From: Escherichia phage SonjaBuckley_Bas74
Direction: 5' to 3' (one strand)
DNA length: 43,096 nt
Sequence record: PQ850627.1
Shown here: positions 1 through 8,259 of the stretch, piece by piece
How positions within the stretch are numbered: the first letter of the stretch is position 1
Layout of the letters: each line of letters starts with the position of its first letter
Position numbers and translations under genes: made by a program
The notes under the pieces: generated by a model
The model's database searches: none
What the model saw: only the letters and a program-made list of their open reading frames with translations
Told to the model about the DNA's origin: nothing

Positions 1-549
1 GTGCGCTCTGATGGTCAGACGCATATGCAAGGGGATTCTATGAAGCTGAAACTTAAGCAGCCATCGCCAGAGGTGGTACAAGCTGCACATGAAGAAGCTG
101 TTAGCGCAAACCGTCGCCGTAAACGACCGCGCGGTAAACAGAGCCTTTATCAATCATCCCGTAATTCTGCGGCATTGTGGGACCCGGACTACTGTGACGC
201 GTTAATCGAGTTCTTCGACCGCACGTCGTGGGAGCTTGTGCCAACGTCTAAGGGTGACGAACGCCCACTGATTCAGGATAAGCCGCCGTCACTGGCCCGC
301 TTCGCCTTACACATCGGCGTCACTATCCCTATTATTAAGCTTTGGCTGCGTGAGATTCCCGCATTTGCAGAAGCCTGGGAGACAGCACAGGCGCTGGAAG
401 AGGCATACTTCACTGAAACGGGGGCCGCGGGCATCTCTGCTACGTTTGCCGCCGCGAAACTGGGCCTGAATAAAACAGTTGTCGCCGAAGAAGTACGCGA
501 CGAGCCAATCAGCGAAGTAACAATTAAGGTGGTGTCCGGTGAACGTTAA
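1..549 (+). CDS. terminase small subunit (frame open from window edge; likely start ATG at 40)
   Basis: ATG at 40 preceded by AAGGGGA SD; basic N-terminal stretch RRRKRPRGK and HTH-like segment; immediately upstream of and overlapping the large terminase ORF. Confidence 0.6.
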   Translation: MRSDGQTHMQGDSMKLKLKQPSPEVVQAAHEEAVSANRRRKRPRGKQSLYQSSRNSAALWDPDYCDALIEFFDRTSWELVPTSKGDERPLIQDKPPSLARFALHIGVTIPIIKLWLREIPAFAEAWETAQALEEAYFTETGAAGISATFAAAKLGLNKTVVAEEVRDEPISEVTIKVVSGER

Positions 550-1810
550 TATCACGGCAACGGAGCCGCAAGGCGCGTTTCTCGGTATGCATTGCAAGTT
601 TCCGGCATTCGTAGCTGGCTTCGGTACGGGTAAATCCGAAGTTATGTGCAACTCTGCACTACTCGACAGCATGGAAGGTGGTAGCGATTCTATCATCGCC
701 ATGTATGAGCCGACTTATGACCTGGTGCGCCTCATCCTTGCACCGCGTATGGAAGAAAAGCTCACCGACTGGGGTATCCGGTACAAATACAACAAGTCTG
801 ACAACATAATCTATACGTCTTCCGGACAATTTGGGGATTTTGTTCTGCGTACACTTGATAATCCAGCACGAATCGTTGGCTACGAATCGTTTCGTGCGAA
901 AATCGACGAGTTGGACACCCTTAACATGGAGCACGCCGAGCACGCGTGGAACAAAGTCATCGCCCGTAACCGCCAGTTGCCGCGGACATATAAACCTATT
1001 ACACCGAAACCTGCTAATACCGTTTCCGTGTTCACTACCCCGGAAGGATTCCGTTTCGTACATGACCGCTGGGTAGTCAAAAAGAATCCAGGCTACGAGA
1101 TGATTCAGGCGTCCACCCTGTCTAACCCGTTCCTGCCAGAAGATTATGTGCAGTCGTTACGCGACACATACCCAGGTCAGTTGATTGACGCCTACATCAA
1201 CGGCGAGTTCGTCAACCTGACGGCGGGGACTGTCTATTACGCCTATGACCGCAGGAAAAACAGCAGCCGCGAAACAATAAAACCAGGCGAGACTCTGTAT
1301 ATCGGGCAGGACTTTAACGTAGGCCACATGGCTAGTACAGTTTACGTGCAACGTGGCAAAGTCTGGCATGCAGTCGCCGAGTTGGTGGATATGTTCGATA
1401 CGCCCGATGTGGTGAGAGCCGTAACAGAGCGCTGGAAAAGTAAGGGCCACTATATCGTTATGTACCCCGACGCAAGCGGTAAAAACCGTAAAAGTAACAA
1501 CGCCAGCACATCTGATATTGCCCAGTTACAGCAGGCCGGCTTCGAAGTGCGCGCTAAATCGACAAACCCACAGGTTAAAGACCGCGTAGCGGCGATGAAT
1601 AAGGCGCTTGAATCTGGTATGGTCATGATTAATGAGCAGGCTTGCCCGGTTACCGCGCGATGCCTGGAGCAACAGGCTTACGACAAGAACGGCGAACCGG
1701 ATAAATCGGGTGGTGTGGACCACCAGAATGACGGGACCACATATCCCATCGCGTATGAAATGCCGATTCGCAAACCAGTTATTAACGTCCCGGTGACTTT
1801 CGCACTTTAA
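539..1810 (+). CDS. terminase large subunit
   Basis: GTG start with AAGGTGG SD; Walker A-like GFGTGKS near N-terminus; sits between small terminase and portal. Confidence 0.7.
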   Translation: MNVNITATEPQGAFLGMHCKFPAFVAGFGTGKSEVMCNSALLDSMEGGSDSIIAMYEPTYDLVRLILAPRMEEKLTDWGIRYKYNKSDNIIYTSSGQFGDFVLRTLDNPARIVGYESFRAKIDELDTLNMEHAEHAWNKVIARNRQLPRTYKPITPKPANTVSVFTTPEGFRFVHDRWVVKKNPGYEMIQASTLSNPFLPEDYVQSLRDTYPGQLIDAYINGEFVNLTAGTVYYAYDRRKNSSRETIKPGETLYIGQDFNVGHMASTVYVQRGKVWHAVAELVDMFDTPDVVRAVTERWKSKGHYIVMYPDASGKNRKSNNASTSDIAQLQQAGFEVRAKSTNPQVKDRVAAMNKALESGMVMINEQACPVTARCLEQQAYDKNGEPDKSGGVDHQNDGTTYPIAYEMPIRKPVINVPVTFAL

Positions 1811-1822
1811 GAGGATTATTCA

Positions 1823-3304
1823 ATGTTAACTATGAACGGTCAGAATCAGGGTGTTAAGACAAAACACCGGGAATGGCTGCATCACTTCGATAAATGGCAG
1901 AAGGTGCGCCACGCGCTGGAAGGTGACCTTATCCGCTATCTGCGCAACGTCGGGAAGAACGAGCCTGACCCTACCTACGCGGCACAGCGCCAGGAAGAAT
2001 ATGAGAATGGTGCTATCTGCTACAACTTCACTAAACGTACCCTTGCGGGGATGGTGGGGTCGGTGATGCGCAAAGACCCTGAACAGATTATCCCGCCTGA
2101 ACTGGAGTACCTGTTACGTAATGCAGACGGTTCAGGTGTCGGTCTGTGGCAGCACGCGCAGGACACGCTGATGGAGATTGACTCGGTAGGCCGTGGCGGG
2201 TTGCTGGTGGACGCGCCGGAGACAGCTGCGGCAACGGCAGCCGAACAGAACGCGGGGTTACTAAACCCGGTCATTGCATTCTACACTGCTGAGAACATCA
2301 TCAACTGGCGACTGACCCGCATCGGCTCAGTGAACCGTGTGACGATGGTCGTGTTACGTGAGGTGTGGGAATACTCAGAACCAAGTGCAGAGTTCGAAAC
2401 AAAGTTCGGTGAACAATACCGCGTTCTCGATTTGATTGACGGGCGCTACCGCCAGCGAATCTATCGCTTCGATGCCGAAGGTGGCGCACAGGATGAAGTA
2501 ATCGAAATCTTCCCGGAACTCGGCGAACAGTTGCGCGGTAAAATCCCGTTCACGTTCATTGGCGCAAGCAACAACGACGCCACTATAGACGATGCGCCTT
2601 TACTGCCGTTAGCTGAGCTAAATATAGGACACTTCAGAAATTCGGCCGATGTGGAAGAGGCCAGCTTTATAGTAGGTCAACCGACACTGTTCATTGCCCC
2701 CGGCGAGAACATGAGCATGGAGCAGTGGAAAGAAGCCAACCCACACGGCATACGCATGGGGTCGCGTTCAGGCCACAACATCGGCTCCGGCGGAAATGCG
2801 TTTCTGGTTCAGGCGGCGGAAACTAACCTCGCCAAACAGAATATGCTGGATAAAGAGAATCAGGCCATCCAGATTGGCGCGCAGCTTATCACCCCGACGC
2901 AGCAAATCACCGCGGAATCGGCCCGCCTGCAACGCGGCGCCGACACGTCAGTCATGGCAACAATAGCACGTAATGTAAGCATGGCGTATACCGATGCGTT
3001 GCGCTGGGTTGCGGGTATGCTTGGGCTTAGTGAAGATACTGAGATTGAGTTCAAGCTGAATATGGAATTCTTCCTGCAACCTATGACAGCTCAGGACCGC
3101 GCTCAGTGGATGGCGGATATTAACGCTGGCCTGCTACCCGCCACCGCTTACTATGCTGCGTTGCGCAAGGCAGGTGTGACTGACTGGACAGATGAGGACA
3201 TTCAGAACGCTATTGAAGACGCACCTCTGCCGTTGGGTTCTGTTGCTCAGGTAGCGGGAGAGATTCCGCAGTCGGCGCAGCAACAGGACACCACTCAGCA
3301 GTAA
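1823..3304 (+). CDS. portal protein
   Basis: 493 aa ORF with AAGAGGA SD directly after terminase; followed by intrinsic terminator; size and position typical of portal. Confidence 0.65.
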   Translation: MLTMNGQNQGVKTKHREWLHHFDKWQKVRHALEGDLIRYLRNVGKNEPDPTYAAQRQEEYENGAICYNFTKRTLAGMVGSVMRKDPEQIIPPELEYLLRNADGSGVGLWQHAQDTLMEIDSVGRGGLLVDAPETAAATAAEQNAGLLNPVIAFYTAENIINWRLTRIGSVNRVTMVVLREVWEYSEPSAEFETKFGEQYRVLDLIDGRYRQRIYRFDAEGGAQDEVIEIFPELGEQLRGKIPFTFIGASNNDATIDDAPLLPLAELNIGHFRNSADVEEASFIVGQPTLFIAPGENMSMEQWKEANPHGIRMGSRSGHNIGSGGNAFLVQAAETNLAKQNMLDKENQAIQIGAQLITPTQQITAESARLQRGADTSVMATIARNVSMAYTDALRWVAGMLGLSEDTEIEFKLNMEFFLQPMTAQDRAQWMADINAGLLPATAYYAALRKAGVTDWTDEDIQNAIEDAPLPLGSVAQVAGEIPQSAQQQDTTQQ

Positions 3305-3314
3305 GTTCACCTAT

Positions 3315-3336
3315 AGCCCCGAAAGGGGCTTTCTTA
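3315..3336 (+). terminator. intrinsic terminator after portal gene
   Basis: AGCCCC-GAAA-GGGGCT hairpin followed by TTCTT. Confidence 0.6.
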
Positions 3337-3373
3337 TAGTATGCTATTAACTTTAGCGCCACAGGGTTGATCT

Positions 3374-4417
3374 ATGAGCTTACTTACATCCCTAATCAGC
3401 CATCAGATATGGCTGCAACGCACCGCATCCGGTGAGGTGAAAGACCTCACGCCGTTCATTCAGGAGATAAGGGATGAAATCAAACGGCAGGTGCTGTTAT
3501 TCGGTGACGACGGTCGCAGCACTGCGCGACTGAATAAACTGTTACGCGACCTGGAAGAAGCACTAACCGGTATTACGGGTGACTGGCAAACAAAGCTAAC
3601 AGACGACCTTAAGGAACTGGCGGCGTACGAGGCTGAGTGGAACGTAAAGACACTGACCGCCAACGTAGACGCGGAATTTGTTACGCCTACCGCTGAGCAG
3701 GTATGGGCCGCTGCCGAGTTTCAACCATTATCATTGAGCGACAAGCCCGTTGATTTCACCAAGCTGATGTCTGGATGGGGCGAAACGGAAGTAGCACGTC
3801 TTGTAACTGGAGTTAAGATGGGCTTTGTGCAAGGTCAAACCACACGGCAGATTGTTAAGAATGTTGTTGGCGCTGGTGGACTAGCCGACATCTCAGAACG
3901 TAACGCGACTACGGTAATCCGCACCGCGCTGTCCCACGTATCCAACGAGGCCCGTAACGAGACGTACCGCCAGAACGACGACATCATCGAGAAGTACGAG
4001 TGGGTGTCAACGCTTGACAGCCGCACCAGTACGATTTGCAGGGTCAGAGACGGGATGACGTGGGAAATTGGTAAGGGGCCGATGCCCCCAGCCCATCCGA
4101 ACTGCCGGTCGTGCACGGCTCCGGTAATCAGTTCCGAGTTCGACTTCCTCGATAAAGGCGCAAAACGCGCGGCTAAAGGCGCGGAAGGTGGCACTCAGGT
4201 AAGCGCAGACACCACTTACTACGAGTTCCTTAAACAACAACCGGCGTGGTTTCAGGACCAGGCGCTCGGCCCGGTGCGAGGTAAGATTTTCCGTAACAGC
4301 GGTATATCGCCGGAAGAGTTTCGCGTAATATCTGTAGATGGTTTCGGGAATCCGCTCACGCTTAAGCAGATGGCGGAACTCGATAAACGTGTTGCTGATT
4401 ATCTGAAAGGGGAATAA
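3374..4417 (+). CDS. head morphogenesis protein (SPP1 gp7 / Mu F-like)
   Basis: 347 aa; C-terminal HPNCRSC motif characteristic of this family; position after portal. Confidence 0.65.
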   Translation: MSLLTSLISHQIWLQRTASGEVKDLTPFIQEIRDEIKRQVLLFGDDGRSTARLNKLLRDLEEALTGITGDWQTKLTDDLKELAAYEAEWNVKTLTANVDAEFVTPTAEQVWAAAEFQPLSLSDKPVDFTKLMSGWGETEVARLVTGVKMGFVQGQTTRQIVKNVVGAGGLADISERNATTVIRTALSHVSNEARNETYRQNDDIIEKYEWVSTLDSRTSTICRVRDGMTWEIGKGPMPPAHPNCRSCTAPVISSEFDFLDKGAKRAAKGAEGGTQVSADTTYYEFLKQQPAWFQDQALGPVRGKIFRNSGISPEEFRVISVDGFGNPLTLKQMAELDKRVADYLKGE

Positions 4418-4878
4418 TGATGGGCTTTTTCAAAGTAACTGACGTACCGTCTCGTCGCGTAGTCCAGTACGCCCGCGTGTCTGGCTCTGGCGAGAACGTG
4501 GTATTTATTGAGGACGAAAGTGTACTCGGTACACCGGTAGATGATATGCCGTTTGCAGATAAAACCGGTATTGCGTTGCCCGCCGCCGGTATGCTTTATG
4601 AAATTCCGTATCTGGCGGACGCTGGCGACGTGTATTTCTCTGCGCAACCGCAGGACGCTGAACTGGCGGGCGGCAGCGCAACCATCACTGTCGAGGTTAA
4701 GGCAGGCAAAGCGCCGTATTCTCTGACCTGGTACAAAGACGGTAAGGAAGTGGTGAATGCGCCTGAGGAGGCTCTGTCTCTGACGGTTAATGCGGTCGGC
4801 GAATACTTCGTTAAAGTTACTGATGCCGATGGAGTAGAGGCGGTAAGCAAAGCGGCGAAGGTTACTAAGCCAGAATGA
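4417..4878 (+). CDS. Ig-like domain protein (putative head decoration/accessory)
   Basis: C-terminal segment TITVEV...APYSLTWYKDGKEV...GEYFVKVTD resembles an Ig-like beta-sandwich; start overlaps preceding stop (TAATG); paralogous to 7879-8223. Confidence 0.45.
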   Translation: MMGFFKVTDVPSRRVVQYARVSGSGENVVFIEDESVLGTPVDDMPFADKTGIALPAAGMLYEIPYLADAGDVYFSAQPQDAELAGGSATITVEVKAGKAPYSLTWYKDGKEVVNAPEEALSLTVNAVGEYFVKVTDADGVEAVSKAAKVTKPE

Positions 4879-4881
4879 TAA

Positions 4882-4908
4882 AAGGCCCCATTATGGGGCC
4901 TTAGTTTT
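4882..4908. terminator. bidirectional intrinsic terminator
   Basis: GGCCCCA-TTA-TGGGGCC hairpin with A-run upstream and T-run downstream, between convergent genes. Confidence 0.65.
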
Positions 4909-5111
4909 CAACGGAATCTTGTGTTTAAATCCTGCTCATGGACAACCCTCAGAACAGTGTCATAATCCCCGTATCTTCCAGGTTCAAATATATCTAATGC
5001 CTTGTAAGCAGACATTGCGTCAGGGAAAACCTGCAGAACCTTTTTAACCCGGCACAAGTCACCGTCGAACTCTTCATCGAACTCTTGAACTACTTCGCAA
5101 ATTGCATACAT
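4908..5111 (-). CDS. hypothetical protein (antisense moron, 67 aa)
   Basis: ATG with strong SD AGGAGGTG 5 nt upstream; own promoter TTGCAC-N17-TACTAT at 5139-5167; terminator hairpin at its 3' end. Confidence 0.55.
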   Translation of the reverse strand: MYAICEVVQEFDEEFDGDLCRVKKVLQVFPDAMSAYKALDIFEPGRYGDYDTVLRVVHEQDLNTRFR

Positions 5112-5138
5112 TTTTCACCTCCTGTTTAAGTTAACTGA

Positions 5139-5167
5139 ATAGTACCCTATTATATTGGGGTGTGCAA
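5139..5167 (-). promoter_or_regulatory. sigma70-type promoter TTGCAC-N17-TACTAT for moron 4908-5111
   Basis: Minus-strand reading TTGCACACCCCAATATAATAGGGTACTAT; 31-bp core identical to copy at 13662-13692. Confidence 0.55.
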
Positions 5168-5218
5168 ACTATTTATTTACGTATTCCAGTTATTCCTCGA
5201 ATTGTAAATGTTGGAATA

Positions 5219-5234
5219 AACTATTCGAATAGTT
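5219..5234. promoter_or_regulatory. perfect 16-bp palindrome AACTATTCGAATAGTT (operator candidate) abutting TTGACT
   Basis: Exact inverted repeat; half-site ACTATTC recurs in several promoters of this genome; overlaps a TTGACT -35-like hexamer at 5233-5238. Confidence 0.45.
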
Positions 5235-5441
5235 GACTTTTCACTAAAAATATGATAAGCTCCACCTGAGCTTGTGAAGTATGAACAAGCGACCGCGGCG
5301 CGGGCAGGTAACGGAGCGGGACGTAAGTCCTGAGTGCAGTTACGCTGACGCGTTCGGAAGGGCCATACTCTATTGCTTGTGTAAAAAGTAACTGGTTTAC
5401 TGAGATTACGCCGTTTCTATGTTTAAATGATAAGGACTAGC

Positions 5442-5468
5442 GCCCCGCTTTATGGCGGGGCTTTACTT
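5442..5468 (+). terminator. terminator-like hairpin upstream of spanin genes
   Basis: GCCCCGC-TTTATG-GCGGGGC followed by TTTACTT. Confidence 0.5.
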
Positions 5469-5485
5469 ATCGAGAAAGGGGAAAC

Positions 5486-5872
5486 ATGAATCTTAAAGCA
5501 ACTGTCGTAGCAGGAGCATGTTTCATCATCCTGGTTTACGCACACGGCATCTACCAGTATCGCAGCGGATGGAACGAAGGCCGGGCTAATCTCGTTTCGC
5601 AGCAACAGCAGAAAGCACAGGCTGAGTTAGCGAAGAAAACACAACGGCAGCAGCAGGATGAATCGAAGGCCGCCGCCGCTGACAACGAAGGCAAGACGAA
5701 ATCAGAGGTGATTACCCGTGAAGTCGTTAAGTACATTAAAACGCCTGGTCGCAGCGTGTGCACTTTTGACCCTGAGCGCGTGCAGCTCAAGTCCCGCGCC
5801 GTCGCCAACGCCAATTCCATCCCCGGATACGACGATGATGCAGCCGCCGTGCAAACTGGCGCAGCCAAGTAG
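5486..5872 (+). CDS. i-spanin (Rz-like)
   Basis: N-terminal TMD ATVVAGACFIILVYAHGIY followed by Q/K/E-rich coiled-coil region; contains an overlapping +1 frame lipoprotein ORF. Confidence 0.65.
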   Translation: MNLKATVVAGACFIILVYAHGIYQYRSGWNEGRANLVSQQQQKAQAELAKKTQRQQQDESKAAAADNEGKTKSEVITREVVKYIKTPGRSVCTFDPERVQLKSRAVANANSIPGYDDDAAAVQTGAAK

Positions 5873-5981
5873 CGACGCTGATGAGGATTTGGCCGTCGAC
5901 GTTCAGAATGCTGAATGCGTACGGCAACTGAGACTGAAAGTGTTCATGTTGCAGGATTACGTGAGGAATATTCTGGAATAG
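5718..5981 (+). CDS. o-spanin (Rz1-like outer membrane lipoprotein)
   Basis: +1 frame relative to the i-spanin, overlapping its 3' half; signal peptide with lipobox LSAC; proline-rich mature part SSSPAPSPTPIPSP. Confidence 0.65.
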   Translation: MKSLSTLKRLVAACALLTLSACSSSPAPSPTPIPSPDTTMMQPPCKLAQPSSDADEDLAVDVQNAECVRQLRLKVFMLQDYVRNILE

Positions 5982-6036
5982 TTGCCTTGCATGTTGGAAT
6001 AATTTATTCTTGACATGTAAATCCGGGTGGCCCGGA
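5965..6036 (+). promoter_or_regulatory. phased GGAATA repeats, TTGACA hexamer and TCCGGG-N3-CCCGGA palindrome upstream of scaffold gene (candidate late promoter / activator site)
   Basis: GGAATA at 5965, 5975 and 5996; 12-mer ATGTTGGAATAA shared with 5208-5219; TTGACA at 6010-6015 without a recognisable -10. Confidence 0.35.
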
Positions 6037-6063
6037 TTCCAACGTCCAGGGGACATACTGACT

Positions 6064-6765
6064 ATGAATCGTTTTTTACGTTATCCGTTCCAGGAAGAAG
6101 CTGGAGCAGAAGATAAAGCTGGTGGCGGTGACGCTCCTAAAATGTTCACCGCTGAAGAAGTTCAGGCGCTGATTGAGAAAGAAGTTGCCGGGCTTAAGGC
6201 TAATCAGGAAGCATTGTTGGCGGAGAAGAAAGAAGCCGCTCGCAAAGCAAAAGAGGCCGAAGAAGAACGGCAGCGCGCGCACCAGGAGGCGTTAAAAGCC
6301 GCTGGTAAGATGGATGAGTTCGAAAAGACGATTCGTAGCCAGTACGACCCTGTGTTAGCCGAGAAAGACGGTCGCATCTCCAGAATGGCAGAGCGTATCC
6401 TCGGCAGCGAACGTAAAGCGGTGCTAGGCTCTTTCGCGGGTGACTTTATTACCCCAGAAGCAGTGGACATTCTTGCGCCGTTCGTTAAGACTGAGTTCGA
6501 AGGCGATGATGTGGTTACTAAGTTTGTTGGTGCAGACGGTAACGTAATCACGACTGACCCGGAACAGTTCCGCAAATACCTGCGCGAACACAAGGCGTTT
6601 TCGCATTTGATCAAAGCAAATGCAGCTTCCGGCGGCGGGGCTTCCGGTAGCAAAGGCGGCGGGGCCGCACCAGCGTTTAAAGACATGAGTGAAGCAGAGC
6701 GTTTAGCCCTGTATAAATCGAACCCTGCCGAATTTGAACGGCAACTTAAAGCCCTGAGGAAATAA
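6064..6765 (+). CDS. scaffold protein (putative)
   Basis: ATG at 6064 with AGGGGA SD (ORF track extends to 6010 without SD); K/E/A-rich coiled-coil-like sequence; directly upstream of major capsid gene. Confidence 0.55.
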   Translation: MNRFLRYPFQEEAGAEDKAGGGDAPKMFTAEEVQALIEKEVAGLKANQEALLAEKKEAARKAKEAEEERQRAHQEALKAAGKMDEFEKTIRSQYDPVLAEKDGRISRMAERILGSERKAVLGSFAGDFITPEAVDILAPFVKTEFEGDDVVTKFVGADGNVITTDPEQFRKYLREHKAFSHLIKANAASGGGASGSKGGGAAPAFKDMSEAERLALYKSNPAEFERQLKALRK

Positions 6766-6767
6766 TA

Positions 6768-7817
6768 ATGGCAATTACCACTATCGGCGATATCGTAACT
6801 GGCAACATCCCGGTCCTGGCGTCTTATATGACCGAGGACCCGGTAGAAAAAACCGCGTTCTTCCAGTCTGGTATTCTGACCCCGACCCCGTACGCTGCCG
6901 AGATTGCCCGCGGCCCGTCCAACGTCGCTAATATTCCTTTCTGGAAAGCGATTGATACCTCTATCGAGCCGAACTACTCGAACGACGTATACCAGGACAT
7001 CGCCACCCCGCGTAACGTGCAGACCGGCGAGATGATGGCGCGCGTTGCGTACCTGAACGAAGGTTTCGGTCAGGCGGATTTGACCGTTGAACTGACCAGC
7101 CAGAACCCGCTGCAATCCGTAGCGTCACGTCTGGATAACTTCTGGCAGCGTCAGGCACAACGCCGTCTGATTGCTACCGCGCTCGGGCTGTACAATGACA
7201 ACGTAGCCGCTACCGACGCATACCACGAGCAGAATGACATGGTAATCGACGTGTCTGCTACTCTGGGCTTCGATGCGGGCGCGTTCATCGACGCTACCCA
7301 GACTATGGGCGATGCTCTGATGGGCAACGGCGGTGAAGTGCTGGGGGCTATCGCGATGCATAGCTTCGTTTATGCGCAGGCACGTAAGCAGCAGCTTATC
7401 GACTTCATCCGTGACGCGGACAACAACACCATGTTCGCCACCTACCAGGGCTACCGCGTGATTGTTGACGACAGCATGACCGTAGTCGGCACTGACCAGA
7501 CCCGTAAGTTCATCTCTATTATCTTCGGTAACGGCGCTATCGGTTACGGTGAAGGTTCTCCGTCCAACCCGCTGGAATACGAGCGCGAAGCGTCTCGCGG
7601 TAATGGTGGTGGCGTTGAAACCCTGTGGACCCGTAAGACCTGGTTGCTGCACCCACTGGGCTACAGCTTCACCAGCGCAGTAATCACCGGCAACGGCACC
7701 GAGACTACCTCGCGCTCTGCTTCCTGGCAGGACCTGGCGAACGCCTCCAACTGGAACCGTGTTGTTGAACGTAAGCACGTACCGATCGCCTTCCTGGTAA
7801 CTGGTGTCAGGTCTTAA
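6768..7817 (+). CDS. major capsid protein
   Basis: 349 aa ORF with GAGGAA SD immediately after scaffold gene and followed by strong intrinsic terminator; size and position typical. Confidence 0.7.
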   Translation: MAITTIGDIVTGNIPVLASYMTEDPVEKTAFFQSGILTPTPYAAEIARGPSNVANIPFWKAIDTSIEPNYSNDVYQDIATPRNVQTGEMMARVAYLNEGFGQADLTVELTSQNPLQSVASRLDNFWQRQAQRRLIATALGLYNDNVAATDAYHEQNDMVIDVSATLGFDAGAFIDATQTMGDALMGNGGEVLGAIAMHSFVYAQARKQQLIDFIRDADNNTMFATYQGYRVIVDDSMTVVGTDQTRKFISIIFGNGAIGYGEGSPSNPLEYEREASRGNGGGVETLWTRKTWLLHPLGYSFTSAVITGNGTETTSRSASWQDLANASNWNRVVERKHVPIAFLVTGVRS

Positions 7818-7832
7818 GGTTAAGCTATAATC

Positions 7833-7858
7833 GAGAGGGACTTCGGTCCCTCTTTTCA
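7833..7858 (+). terminator. intrinsic terminator after major capsid gene
   Basis: GAGGGAC-TTCG-GTCCCTC followed by TTTTCATTT. Confidence 0.65.
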
Positions 7859-7878
7859 TTTACTAAGAGGATTCCTAT

Positions 7879-8223
7879 ATGGCAGACGTATTGAAGCGGC
7901 GCATCACCGGCGTCTCCGCTGACGCCCCAGGTGCTAAGATTGACATGGCGACTATTTCTCCTGCGTCTTTTTCTACCCCACTTAACGCTACTACCGAGGT
8001 TACCGCTCCCGCCGCATTGACTCTCACTGTTGCGGTAACTGGTGGTCTGGCCCCTTATTCCTACCAGTGGTATAAGAATAACAACGCCATCGCAGGCGCT
8101 ACCGAGGCTACGTACACCAAGGCCACTACTGTTGCTACTACCGACTCCGGTACGTATAAAGTGGTTGTTCACGATGCGTATGGTAATATTATCTCCAGCA
8201 GCACTGTAGCAACTGTGTCTTAA
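7879..8223 (+). CDS. Ig-like domain protein (putative capsid decoration)
   Basis: AAGAGGA SD; LTLTVAVTGGLAPYSYQWYKNNNAI...GTYKVVVHDAYG matches Ig-like pattern shared with 4417-4878. Confidence 0.5.
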   Translation: MADVLKRRITGVSADAPGAKIDMATISPASFSTPLNATTEVTAPAALTLTVAVTGGLAPYSYQWYKNNNAIAGATEATYTKATTVATTDSGTYKVVVHDAYGNIISSSTVATVS

Positions 8224-8259
8224 TACAGCGGCCCTTCGGGGCCGTAATAAGGAAAGGTC

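Noticed and set aside
5281-5391. 36-codon ORF (MNKRPRRGQV...) in the non-coding island
   Set aside because: No convincing SD and arginine-rich composition; kept only as a note inside the regulatory-region finding.
6010-6063. N-terminal extension of the scaffold ORF in the six-frame track
   Set aside because: No SD before 6010 and the extension overlaps the candidate late promoter; ATG at 6064 has an AGGGGA SD.
6204-7115. 303-aa minus-strand ORF antisense to scaffold and major capsid genes
   Set aside because: Lies entirely within two strongly supported plus-strand genes, lacks an SD, and has arginine/serine-rich low-complexity composition typical of antisense frames in GC-rich coding DNA.
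7125-7859. 244-aa minus-strand ORF antisense to the major capsid gene
   Set aside because: Fully overlapped by the capsid gene on the opposite strand; no promoter or SD; likely a spurious open frame.
8228-8244. GC-rich hairpin after 7879-8223 as an intrinsic terminator
   Set aside because: Stem CGGCCC/GGGCCG is present but is followed by TAATAAGG rather than a T-run; at most a weak pause or RNA-stability element.
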